Shown: positions 27,171-35,555 of the stretch, one piece after another | Position numbering within the stretch: the stretch's first letter is position 1 | How the letters are laid out: each line of letters opens with the position of its first letter | The notes under the pieces: generated by a model | What the model was told of the DNA's origin: nothing | Database searches by the model: none | What the model saw: the letters and a program-made list of their open reading frames with translations, nothing else | From: a virus | Lineage: Duplodnaviria; Heunggongvirae; Uroviricota; Caudoviricetes | Direction: 5' to 3' (one strand) | Virus record (IMG/VR): IMGVR_UViG_3300021140_000485 | Length of the DNA stretch: 64,000 nucleotides | Translations under genes and position numbers: made by a program

Positions 27171-27244
27171 TTGCGGGAGTCGGACTCGAACCGACGGCCT
27201 CAAGGTTATGAGCCTTGCGAGCTACCAACTGCTACCACCCCGCG
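27171..27244 (-). tRNA. tRNA-Met (anticodon CAU), initiator-like.
   Basis: Reverse complement reads 'CGCGGGGTGGTAGCAGTTGGTAGCTCGCAAGGCTCATAACCTTGAGGCCGTCGGTTCGAGTCCGACTCCCGCAA'. It shows a cloverleaf, a C1·A72 mismatch, a GTCGG/CCGAC T-stem and TTCGAGT T-loop, the anticodon loop CTCATAA, and no encoded CCA. Confidence 0.85.
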
Positions 27245-27474
27245 ATATATTTTAAAGAACGTGATTCGAAAAAAAATCCCAAAACTTATATCCTCTCGAA
27301 CACTCATTTTGGGATTTGGGGTTTGAGGATTCTACTCCTCTTCTTCCGAGTGTCTCACAAACTTACGAACAAATTTTGGACTTGTCAAATTGTTTATGAA
27401 ACTTTTTTTGGGGGTATTATCTACCTTTCGGTAGAGTTTTATAAATATATGCTAAAATTGGAAAAAACCAAGTC

Positions 27475-27894
27475 TTACAGTATATTCATTAACAATTTAT
27501 TTAATTTTTCTCCTGTTTCAAGGTTTTTTACTTGTTTTTTGGTAAAATAACCACATTCGGTGTGTTCCTCACCGTCTTTGGCACTCTCCAAATCAGGTAT
27601 AAGTTCCGTATCGCTATTGTATTCATATAGATACATTAGTCCCTTGAAGTGTTTACCATCACGCGTAAATCTTGGTAACATACCAGTGAACTTTAAGTTA
27701 TCAGGATTCAAATCTAAATCAGTTTCTTCTTTAAATTCTCTAACAGCTGCCACCCTTGTCTCTTCCCCCTCTTCAATTTTTCCCGCAGGAACAGACCACA
27801 TACCAGGGAAACTACCCTTCTTATTTCTCTTACATAGTAAGCATTTGTCACCAACTTTGACTAGTACACCGACGTATCTTTTGTAATCATTCAT
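27475..27894 (-). CDS. Nudix hydrolase.
   Basis: Nudix box 'GKIEEGEETRVAAVREFKEETDL'. Confidence 0.8.
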   Translation of the reverse strand: MNDYKRYVGVLVKVGDKCLLCKRNKKGSFPGMWSVPAGKIEEGEETRVAAVREFKEETDLDLNPDNLKFTGMLPRFTRDGKHFKGLMYLYEYNSDTELIPDLESAKDGEEHTECGYFTKKQVKNLETGEKLNKLLMNIL

Positions 27895-27908
27895 ATTTAT
27901 AGATATCT

Positions 27909-28259
27909 ATGAGAGTAAAAATAGGTGAAAATATATTCAATGTGAAGATTAGACACGACAATAAAGGTCGTGCTATGGGTATGATGGGTCGTAAATTTAC
28001 TGACGAGTATAACGGTATGTTATTCTTTATGGATGAAGACTCAAGTTGTTTTTGGATGAAGAACTGCGTCATTCCTCTTGATATCATATTCATTGATAAT
28101 AGAGTAATAACTAAGATACACCACGACTGTCCTCCTTGTAAAGAAGATGACTGTCCAAGTTATTGTGGAAAGGGTGGAATGATTTTAGAAATTATGGGTG
28201 GTTCTGCAAAAGAACTCGATATCAAAAAAGGTGATGAGATTAAGATTCTTGTTGACTAG
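27909..28259 (+). CDS. DUF192-family protein.
   Basis: 'GMMGRKF....GMLFFMDEDSSCFWMKNCVIPLDIIFID' follows the DUF192/COG1430 pattern. Confidence 0.6.
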   Translation: MRVKIGENIFNVKIRHDNKGRAMGMMGRKFTDEYNGMLFFMDEDSSCFWMKNCVIPLDIIFIDNRVITKIHHDCPPCKEDDCPSYCGKGGMILEIMGGSAKELDIKKGDEIKILVD

Positions 28260-29658
28260 CATCAATCTTCTCTTGTAACTTTCTCAAAAATTCCTCACCA
28301 ATCATTTTAACAAACTTAATGTAAGGAGCGTCCTCTCTTTCAGGGTCGTATCTGTATGAACCTCTTGGTGGTCTTGTACTTCTTCCAAGATAGTTAAGTC
28401 CTGATATGTTGGTAATACATTTGTGTCCACCTGAGTTAGCTTGAATCAAGTCCCAAGCGTTGATACCAATCTTATCTAACATTTGCATTTCTTCTTCAGA
28501 TAGTTGGTCGTATGGTTTTTCCATCATATCCTTAATTTTATCAAGGATTTTTTCACCACCATCCATCATCATCAACTTACCACCATAAATTGCATCGAAG
28601 TCTTTGAATGTAAATCCTACTGATTCAGGTCCAACTGATGATTCACTCACATACTTTATCGTTGATAATGGGATTGTTCTATCTTTAAGTTGTCCCTCCC
28701 ATTTGGCCAGAACCTCTTGTGCAATCTCACCGAGATTAACACCTTTGAGTTCTCTATCTTTTTTGAATGGATTACAAGATGCCTGTACTAACCCTAACGG
28801 CCACATAATAATTAAGAAGTCAGCTTCAGGATTGTTTCTAAAAGGAGTGTATCGGTCATATGACCCAGTACCTTTTAAACTACCCATACCATACTGAACG
28901 ATGATATTACCAATCTTCCTAACATTTGGATGACCTTTCATTGAGTCCATATAGGTCTCAGCGTTTCTTTGAAGGTCCTCAGGTTTTTCTCTTGTATTGG
29001 AACCCATCCAAGATTTGATGTTGTTTAATATTGAAAGTAAGGATGGTTCCGAATCATTAACCAAGTATTCAAGGAACCCTTTCTTGTTTTTGAACGCCAA
29101 CAATAGTTTGTTTGTAACAAATCCTAACAACATTTTGTTACTAGCCAAATCTTTTTCTTTGTTAAGTCTAAACAAATAATTGATTACATCCTTGGTTGTT
29201 AAACCATATTTGGCAAAGTCTGCTGAGTCGACAGTTGATATTAATCTAATGTCATCAGCAGGAAATAATTCTTTTGGTGAGATAATTTGTGAAATGGTTT
29301 CAACGTTTGACCTTGCCTGTCTAAAAGACTTTGAAGCGTCTTTCTCAGCACCGACTTGTTTGTCGTGGTGGTCAGTGTGAATAACAAACATTGGTTTACC
29401 GTGAGCAAAATCAACTAAGACTGGCATTACATCACCAGATGCATCAGGTTTTTTAACTGAGAATTCTTTATCTCCATACTGTATAACCTCACTATCAACA
29501 ACTTTAATACCATTATCTTCAAGGTATTTTTTCATTGCAATTGCAGTTGTTACACCATCCAAATCTTGGTGGAAATATATTTTAGCCTTTGGGTATCTTT
29601 GTGCCAAAGCCTTAATGTCTCTTAAACCTGATTCCTTAATTATTTTTTTCATACACAC
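28240..29658 (-). CDS. DHH-family phosphoesterase (NrnA/RecJ-like DHH plus a C-terminal domain).
   Basis: 'FHQDLDGVTT' (DxD) and 'VIHTDHHDK' (DHH) motifs. 472 aa. Confidence 0.7.
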   Translation of the reverse strand: MCMKKIIKESGLRDIKALAQRYPKAKIYFHQDLDGVTTAIAMKKYLEDNGIKVVDSEVIQYGDKEFSVKKPDASGDVMPVLVDFAHGKPMFVIHTDHHDKQVGAEKDASKSFRQARSNVETISQIISPKELFPADDIRLISTVDSADFAKYGLTTKDVINYLFRLNKEKDLASNKMLLGFVTNKLLLAFKNKKGFLEYLVNDSEPSLLSILNNIKSWMGSNTREKPEDLQRNAETYMDSMKGHPNVRKIGNIIVQYGMGSLKGTGSYDRYTPFRNNPEADFLIIMWPLGLVQASCNPFKKDRELKGVNLGEIAQEVLAKWEGQLKDRTIPLSTIKYVSESSVGPESVGFTFKDFDAIYGGKLMMMDGGEKILDKIKDMMEKPYDQLSEEEMQMLDKIGINAWDLIQANSGGHKCITNISGLNYLGRSTRPPRGSYRYDPEREDAPYIKFVKMIGEEFLRKLQEKIDASQQES

Positions 29659-29661
29659 TAA

Positions 29662-30033
29662 TTACATTGATGGTAACATACTCATAAGAACCACATCGTT
29701 AGCTCTTAACCCATTTTTAGCCTTTAAATTACACAAATGATTGAATTTATACATATGGTTCGCTTGCATCGTCATATCTTCTAATTTACTCAAACTATCA
29801 CCAGGTTTGATTTTATACAACATTATGTTTTGCACACCTTCGTTTTTAATATCTTTAACTAAATCTTCTTTAGTGAAACAATATTTTGCACCGGCTTCAG
29901 TTGGTTTAGGACCTTTTTTAAGAATCTCTTCCGCTTTTTTAACGTAAAAAGATTCAGGTTGTGTCTGTTCACTAACAACCTTACGAATTAAGTTAGTTAA
30001 TTCTGACTCTGTTAATCTAATAACTTTTTTCAT
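29662..30033 (-). CDS. Hypothetical protein. Its N-terminus 'MKKVIRLTESELTNLIRKVVSEQ' belongs to the leader family.
   Basis: 123-aa ORF. Confidence 0.5.
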   Translation of the reverse strand: MKKVIRLTESELTNLIRKVVSEQTQPESFYVKKAEEILKKGPKPTEAGAKYCFTKEDLVKDIKNEGVQNIMLYKIKPGDSLSKLEDMTMQANHMYKFNHLCNLKAKNGLRANDVVLMSMLPSM

Positions 30034-30404
30034 TAGTATTTAAGTGTTAATAGGTATTTTAATTTGTTTATTAATAGTAACATCTCATCTCTCAAGTTGA
30101 GTAAGTCGCTATCAACTTTAGGGTCTAATCTGTCAGTAAGTGAAATTAAAAATTCACACGTACCATCAATAAAGCTTTGTAATGACATTGATTCTAAGTC
30201 TTGAAACATAATTGAGAATGATTCTGTAAATTCAGGTCTACCATATTTACCCATCATACCTTCAACAAAGTCATCAATGAATCCCCCCATTTTATCGTAT
30301 ACTTTACCGTATGCTCTGTGTTTTGCGTCATACATAGTTTGCCAATGTATAAATCTAAATTGGTTTTGTATTTGTACTAATTTTAATATTACTTCTTCTT
30401 TCAT
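30033..30404 (-). CDS. Hypothetical protein.
   Basis: 123-aa ORF. Confidence 0.5.
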   Translation of the reverse strand: MKEEVILKLVQIQNQFRFIHWQTMYDAKHRAYGKVYDKMGGFIDDFVEGMMGKYGRPEFTESFSIMFQDLESMSLQSFIDGTCEFLISLTDRLDPKVDSDLLNLRDEMLLLINKLKYLLTLKY

Positions 30405-30405
30405 T

Positions 30406-31461
30406 TTAAGCCGTCATTGGTCCTTTTATTAATGTATTCATAAACATACCCATTATATCCATTTTTTGTGAACCTAAAGACATTTCGTTACCACCATCTT
30501 TAACTTCATCTGATACTTTTGGGAAATCCTCTTGTAAATATGTTTGTGCTTCAGGAGTTTTTTCATACTTCTCCATCTTGGCTAATAATTCGTCTTCCCC
30601 TCCAACTATTTTTTCAAGTTCATCTGGTCCAACAAAATTTGCAACACCTAAATAATCTAAGAATCCTAAATAGAATTTGGTTTTACCCATCAAAACTCTA
30701 ATCTTCATATTACCTTTTCTCCATAGGTCCGAAACTCTTCCAGCACCTAATCCACCACCATAAAAAAATCTTTGTAAAAAATTTGGTTTGTTTAAAATTG
30801 TGGGGTCCAAGAATTTTTCTCTCTTAACTAACGACTCAAGTCCTTGAATTAGTTCTTGTTGTTGTTTAGCAGATTTAGTAGGTAATCTTTTCGCTAAAGA
30901 AGCCGCCTCAGTTCCAACACCTCTAAAAAGTCTTACCCATTCTTTGATGGTGTTTTTAAATCCTCTTGTGATGGCTCCACCAGGTATACGGTCAATGAAT
31001 TCATCAACTTTTGGTGCCCATTCTCTACCTTTTCTTGCGAAAGTACCAAGAGCACCTTCACTTTTAGCAATTTGATTTAGATATTTTTGCGCTTTAACAG
31101 TATCACCAGCATCAACTGCTTTAGATACCGCTCTCATTAATTGAGGTGTTTTACCCCCAACTTTCATCGCTCCCATAACAGATTTACCTAAAGCATCACC
31201 AATGTAAGGGACAACAGAAATTAACGATAAAAAGGCATAAAGGTTATCGCCTTGTCTGTAATAAGATATTGCGTTTATTAAATCAGCAATTCCTGTTGGG
31301 TCTACAATCCCAACCAAACTTAACACATCATTTTTCCAATTGTCCTCGTTAAGAGTTTTAGTATCAGAAGTTTTTTCCAATACCATAACACTCTTAATGA
31401 TTTCAAGTTGGGATTCCGTTAATATTACTTGAGGCATAAATTCTTTTACAATAAATACCAA
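30406..31461 (-). CDS. Hypothetical protein. It carries 'MPQVILTESQLEIIKSV' near its N-terminus, so the start may be the internal Met at 31437.
   Basis: 351-aa ORF, Gly/Ala/Lys-rich. Confidence 0.55.
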   Translation of the reverse strand: MVFIVKEFMPQVILTESQLEIIKSVMVLEKTSDTKTLNEDNWKNDVLSLVGIVDPTGIADLINAISYYRQGDNLYAFLSLISVVPYIGDALGKSVMGAMKVGGKTPQLMRAVSKAVDAGDTVKAQKYLNQIAKSEGALGTFARKGREWAPKVDEFIDRIPGGAITRGFKNTIKEWVRLFRGVGTEAASLAKRLPTKSAKQQQELIQGLESLVKREKFLDPTILNKPNFLQRFFYGGGLGAGRVSDLWRKGNMKIRVLMGKTKFYLGFLDYLGVANFVGPDELEKIVGGEDELLAKMEKYEKTPEAQTYLQEDFPKVSDEVKDGGNEMSLGSQKMDIMGMFMNTLIKGPMTA

Positions 31462-31465
31462 GAAG

Positions 31466-31492
31466 TTAAAAAGAAAACCCCCACTTTTTTAG
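31466..31492 (-). terminator. Conserved-family terminator ('AAAACCCCCAC-tttttta-GTGAGGGTT').
   Basis: Overlaps the stop of the methyltransferase gene, with a minus-strand U-run. Confidence 0.6.
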
Positions 31493-32358
31493 TGAGGGTT
31501 CTGATTGTTGAAATCGATGACTTGTTGTCTTCGTTGTTCTACGAATAACCCGACTCTGTCTCGAGCCACTTTAGAATAGTTTGGACTCAGTTCAATACCA
31601 ATCCATCTTCTGTCAAGTGTCTCAGCGGCGACCAAACTTGTACCTGAACCTGCGAATGGGTCAAGAACAATGTCATTCTTATACGTAAGAATTTTGATTG
31701 CCTTGGTTGGAATATCCATTGAGAACGTGGCTTTAGTTAGACTTCGTGTGTCAGCAAAGTATTTCCACTGTCCGAAAACCAAATCGATGAACTCACGTTT
31801 TTGTTGTTCCGTATACATCATCTTTGGTCTCATATTACCATCCTTACCTTCTACTTCTCCCATTTCGCCAGTCCATTCAGGTTGACCTTTTACTTTCTTA
31901 ATGTGTTTGTTTTTGTATGCCAAAATAACACATTCTTTTGGGTTATAGATGTAAGGGGCTGAAGGGCTCATCCAAGACCCCCAAGCCGTGGTACGACTTC
32001 TATGTGGTGATTCTTCTTCAAGGTCAACAACTCCGAAGAATTTGTAACCAATCTGTTTCATAATCTGCCACACTTCACTGACCATAAAGATTCTACCTCC
32101 TTTATCCTGACGGTTGATTTCGTATGGGATGTTAAGAGCAATCCTACCATCATCTTTCAATACACGGTATGCTTGTTCCATCCACGAATATGTAAATTTT
32201 ACATATTCCTCCCAAACCATATCATCTTCGTGAACATCATAATCGATACCAACACCATAAGGTGGTGATGTAACAATCAGGTCCACTGAACCTTCAGGCA
32301 TCGAAGCCATCACTTCAATACAATCTCCATTAATTACTCTTCCAATTAAATCTTCCAT
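31489..32358 (-). CDS. DNA methyltransferase (N6-adenine/N4-cytosine, beta-class motif order).
   Basis: Motif IV 'DLIVTSPPYG' near the N-terminus and motif I 'LDPFAGSGTS' near the C-terminus. Confidence 0.8.
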   Translation of the reverse strand: MEDLIGRVINGDCIEVMASMPEGSVDLIVTSPPYGVGIDYDVHEDDMVWEEYVKFTYSWMEQAYRVLKDDGRIALNIPYEINRQDKGGRIFMVSEVWQIMKQIGYKFFGVVDLEEESPHRSRTTAWGSWMSPSAPYIYNPKECVILAYKNKHIKKVKGQPEWTGEMGEVEGKDGNMRPKMMYTEQQKREFIDLVFGQWKYFADTRSLTKATFSMDIPTKAIKILTYKNDIVLDPFAGSGTSLVAAETLDRRWIGIELSPNYSKVARDRVGLFVEQRRQQVIDFNNQNPH

Positions 32359-32359
32359 A

Positions 32360-33529
32360 TTATAATCCTAAAATTTCAAGGGTTTTATTCACTCTACTTT
32401 GTGGTGACAAGTTTCTTTCATAATACTCCCTTGCGTTTTTAGAAATATAACTTAAAAATTCGTGGTCATCAACAACCTCTTTGAATCTTTCCTCAATCAT
32501 TTTTACGTGGTGAGGTCCTGATAGTCGGTCACTGGCAACTCCATTGTGTCTTGGCATATCATCAGGATATGGAACAGAAATGTAATGTACGTTTGGAATT
32601 AACTTTTCGTGCATTTCAACTTGGAACTCAAATCTAATCAATGGCATTCCAATCGCCATACATTCAATGTCTCTATAACAAAGTTCTCCCACTCCTGCCA
32701 TAGACAACGACACTTGGTAATCTATCATATCATTGAAGTATGCTTCAGGGGTTGTTGGTGTTTCGGGACAATACAACAACTCATCCGAGAAATGTTTTAA
32801 AGCGGGTCTTTGTGAAACATTACCTCTGAAATACATTAAAGGTACTTTGTTTTGAACGTGTTTTCTTTTGTGATAAAACTGTTCCAAGTCAATCAAACCA
32901 GATGGGAAATAAATCCAAGGTGAGTATTTGTCATAGTTATTATCAACGTGGTGTTTAATCTTGTAATCAATGAACTGTGAAATCAAAACCTTCTTACATA
33001 AAGGATTGTGTTTCTCATTCATAGTTGCGTAACCCAAGTCATCAGAGACACTCATAATCCAAAACTCACCAGAGTCAGCATCTTCAATAACATATTCACA
33101 CTCCAACAATAAGAATTCTTTGGCAAGACCTTTTTTTAATTTAATTTCTTGTCTGTCAAAGTGAGCATTCTCAAAATGCCTGTTCTCAATAACCTCATAT
33201 CGTTCTGATAGTTCTTGGGTTAACTCATCCCAAAATAAATTGTAATTACGATAGTATCGAGTTTTGTCATTTGTTGGGTTATGGATTATCAGTCTACGAT
33301 GAGGTTTATCACCATTTCCACTTTTATTCTGAACCTCACGGTTGAGATACCATAGAGCTTTATTCAAATCTTGAAGTTCCTTGTCAGTCCCCTTTTTACC
33401 TGCCCTTGAAATATATTTTACAGTATTCCCAAGATTAAATCCTAAGTCCCAAGCTTCAATAACTTTTATTGCTTCATATGGATTATTCTTTCCCCCATAA
33501 TGTTGAGGGTGATTTACTTGTTCACTCAT
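32360..33529 (-). CDS. DUF3310-domain protein with a C-terminal domain of roughly 300 aa and unknown (possibly transferase-like) function.
   Basis: 'HPQHYGGKNNPYEAIKVIEAW.....GNTVKYISRAGKK....AL...WYL' fits the DUF3310 pattern. Confidence 0.65.
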   Translation of the reverse strand: MSEQVNHPQHYGGKNNPYEAIKVIEAWDLGFNLGNTVKYISRAGKKGTDKELQDLNKALWYLNREVQNKSGNGDKPHRRLIIHNPTNDKTRYYRNYNLFWDELTQELSERYEVIENRHFENAHFDRQEIKLKKGLAKEFLLLECEYVIEDADSGEFWIMSVSDDLGYATMNEKHNPLCKKVLISQFIDYKIKHHVDNNYDKYSPWIYFPSGLIDLEQFYHKRKHVQNKVPLMYFRGNVSQRPALKHFSDELLYCPETPTTPEAYFNDMIDYQVSLSMAGVGELCYRDIECMAIGMPLIRFEFQVEMHEKLIPNVHYISVPYPDDMPRHNGVASDRLSGPHHVKMIEERFKEVVDDHEFLSYISKNAREYYERNLSPQSRVNKTLEILGL

Positions 33530-33532
33530 ATA

Positions 33533-34696
33533 TTAATCGTTATAAATTGAACCACTTTTATTTTCAGACTCTTCGAATTGATGTTGTTCCATAATATCTT
33601 TAAGTGGTGATTTTTGAGTATCAACTTTAGTATTCATATTATGAATAATCTTATCAAGAGTTAATGCAAAGTCCAGAGTTTCGGATATGATACCAACAAT
33701 TTTATATGGGTCACCATTTGATGCCGGTCTACGGTCTTCAACATAACCCTTCCATTCTTTTGATGTAGACAATGGAACTCTGATTGATGCACCTCGGTCA
33801 GCAACCCCCCAACTAAACTTGTCAATAGATTGGGTTTCGTGTTTACCAGTCAAACGAAGATTGTTATCAGAACCGTAATTGTTAATGTGTAACTGATGAC
33901 GTGAATCAAAGGCGTTAAAGATGTTTTTGAAGTATTCATCACCACCTTCATTTCTCATCTTGTCATTTGAGAAGTTACAGTGTAATCCTGAACCATTCCA
34001 ATCACCCATCACAGGTTTAGGGTGGAATTCAATCTTAAAACCATAGTCCTCAGACATTTGTTGTAAAATGTATCTCGACATCCACAAATCATCACCGGCC
34101 TTTAATTTACCTTTGGAGAATACCTGGTACTCCCACTGACCCAATAAGACCTCGGCGTTTGTACCTGTAATTTCAATACCTGCCAAGATACAATTTTCCA
34201 TATGAGTATCCACAAATTTTCTACCGTTAACTTGTCCGTTACCTACACCACAATAGTATTTTCCTTGTGGTTCAGGATATCCATTCTCAGGGAAACCCAA
34301 AGGTCTACCATCTTTCATAATGGTATACTCTTGTTCAAAACCAAACCAAAGGTCCTCTTCTTCTTCCCCAACAAGACTTCTTGTATTTGATACGTGTGGA
34401 GTCCCATCGGGATTCATAACCTCACACAACACCAAGAAAGACCATAGACCACCTTCGTTAAGTGAGTTGTGATAAACTCTAACAGGTTTCAAAATACAAT
34501 CAGAAAAATGTCCGTCAGCTTGTTGTGTTGATGAACCATCAAAACTCCACTCAGGGCAATCCTTCAGTGTTATAATATCCCCATATGGAATATTCTGAAG
34601 ACCAGTCTCTTCTTTTTCAATCACCTTAACCTTACTTCTAAGATTAGGTTCTGGCTGATACCCATCCAACCACACATATTCTAATTTAACTTTCAT
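33533..34696 (-). CDS. Glutamine synthetase type-II-like protein.
   Basis: 'LEYVWLDG', 'FDGSSTQQADG..SD..L.PV', 'LVLCEV', 'GVADRGASIRVP' and 'NGDPY' are colinear with the GSII beta-grasp and catalytic domains. Confidence 0.75.
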   Translation of the reverse strand: MKVKLEYVWLDGYQPEPNLRSKVKVIEKEETGLQNIPYGDIITLKDCPEWSFDGSSTQQADGHFSDCILKPVRVYHNSLNEGGLWSFLVLCEVMNPDGTPHVSNTRSLVGEEEEDLWFGFEQEYTIMKDGRPLGFPENGYPEPQGKYYCGVGNGQVNGRKFVDTHMENCILAGIEITGTNAEVLLGQWEYQVFSKGKLKAGDDLWMSRYILQQMSEDYGFKIEFHPKPVMGDWNGSGLHCNFSNDKMRNEGGDEYFKNIFNAFDSRHQLHINNYGSDNNLRLTGKHETQSIDKFSWGVADRGASIRVPLSTSKEWKGYVEDRRPASNGDPYKIVGIISETLDFALTLDKIIHNMNTKVDTQKSPLKDIMEQHQFEESENKSGSIYND

Positions 34697-34701
34697 ATTA
34701 T

Positions 34702-34893
34702 TTAATTTTCTTTTTTTACAACGTAGTAACCTTTGGAATAACTAGACTCCTCAATCAATCCTTCATCCATTAGTTTATTTAATTTAACTTCAGTTTCATT
34801 TTCAGTCTCTTTCAAAATGTATTTTGAAATGTAACTGATGTGAATTGGTTGTCTCAACTTAGAAAGTAGTGTCTTGAGCGTCTTGTCTTCCAT
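34702..34893 (-). CDS. Hypothetical small protein.
   Basis: 63-aa ORF. Confidence 0.4.
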   Translation of the reverse strand: MEDKTLKTLLSKLRQPIHISYISKYILKETENETEVKLNKLMDEGLIEESSYSKGYYVVKKEN

Positions 34894-34895
34894 AA

Positions 34896-35123
34896 TTAAT
34901 AATCTAAAAATTTATCATTGTCTTCCAAAAATTCTAAAAATGGGTGGTCATAATCCATATCAACCCATTTTCCTTTATTTCCATCCCATATCAAATATTC
35001 ATCTGAGATATTTGTTCGGGTATATTTAAGTTCAAAAGTTTTACCCTTATCATCCTTGACCTTATATTGAGTTGTATAAGAGAATGATAGTTCTTCTGGT
35101 GGACCTACAATTGAGTATTTCAT
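34896..35123 (-). CDS. Hypothetical small protein.
   Basis: 75-aa ORF. Confidence 0.4.
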   Translation of the reverse strand: MKYSIVGPPEELSFSYTTQYKVKDDKGKTFELKYTRTNISDEYLIWDGNKGKWVDMDYDHPFLEFLEDNDKFLDY

Positions 35124-35344
35124 TTCTTTTTCTTTTTGTACTTTTTCTCAACACCCTCCGTTTTTTCTTTTTTCTTAACTTCGGTAATGATTGGAGCAAC
35201 TCGTCCATCTTCTTTCCATTCGTTCTTTGGAATGAACTTCCAATAACCCGTTGAAACTCGTTGGTCCGCAACCTTGTCTTCAACGCGCATAATTCGTCCC
35301 ACCTCGTACTGAGATGTTTCTTTGATAGCTTTAATGCATTTCAT
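35120..35344 (-). CDS. Hypothetical small protein with a poly-Lys tail.
   Basis: 74 aa. Preferred over the overlapping ORF 35062..35283. Confidence 0.4.
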   Translation of the reverse strand: MKCIKAIKETSQYEVGRIMRVEDKVADQRVSTGYWKFIPKNEWKEDGRVAPIITEVKKKEKTEGVEKKYKKKKK

Positions 35345-35546
35345 TTTTAGTAGTATTAGATTTTAAGTTAAATGTAGTAATGATTTCTTGTTCTGACAAA
35401 TTCTTCTCATAAAGTTTATAAACTTTGCTTGAAAACTCATCCATAAAGATGATTGCGTCAGCCTTACCATAGAGACCGTCCAAATTGTATTTGTATAAGT
35501 AATGTAAGGTTGTTTGTTCTGAAATGTATCGTCTGTGAAAACCCAT
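35331..35546 (-). CDS. Hypothetical small protein.
   Basis: 71 aa. Preferred over the overlapping ORF 35363..35566. Confidence 0.35.
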   Translation of the reverse strand: MGFHRRYISEQTTLHYLYKYNLDGLYGKADAIIFMDEFSSKVYKLYEKNLSEQEIITTFNLKSNTTKNEMH

Positions 35547-35555
35547 ATCACAAAA

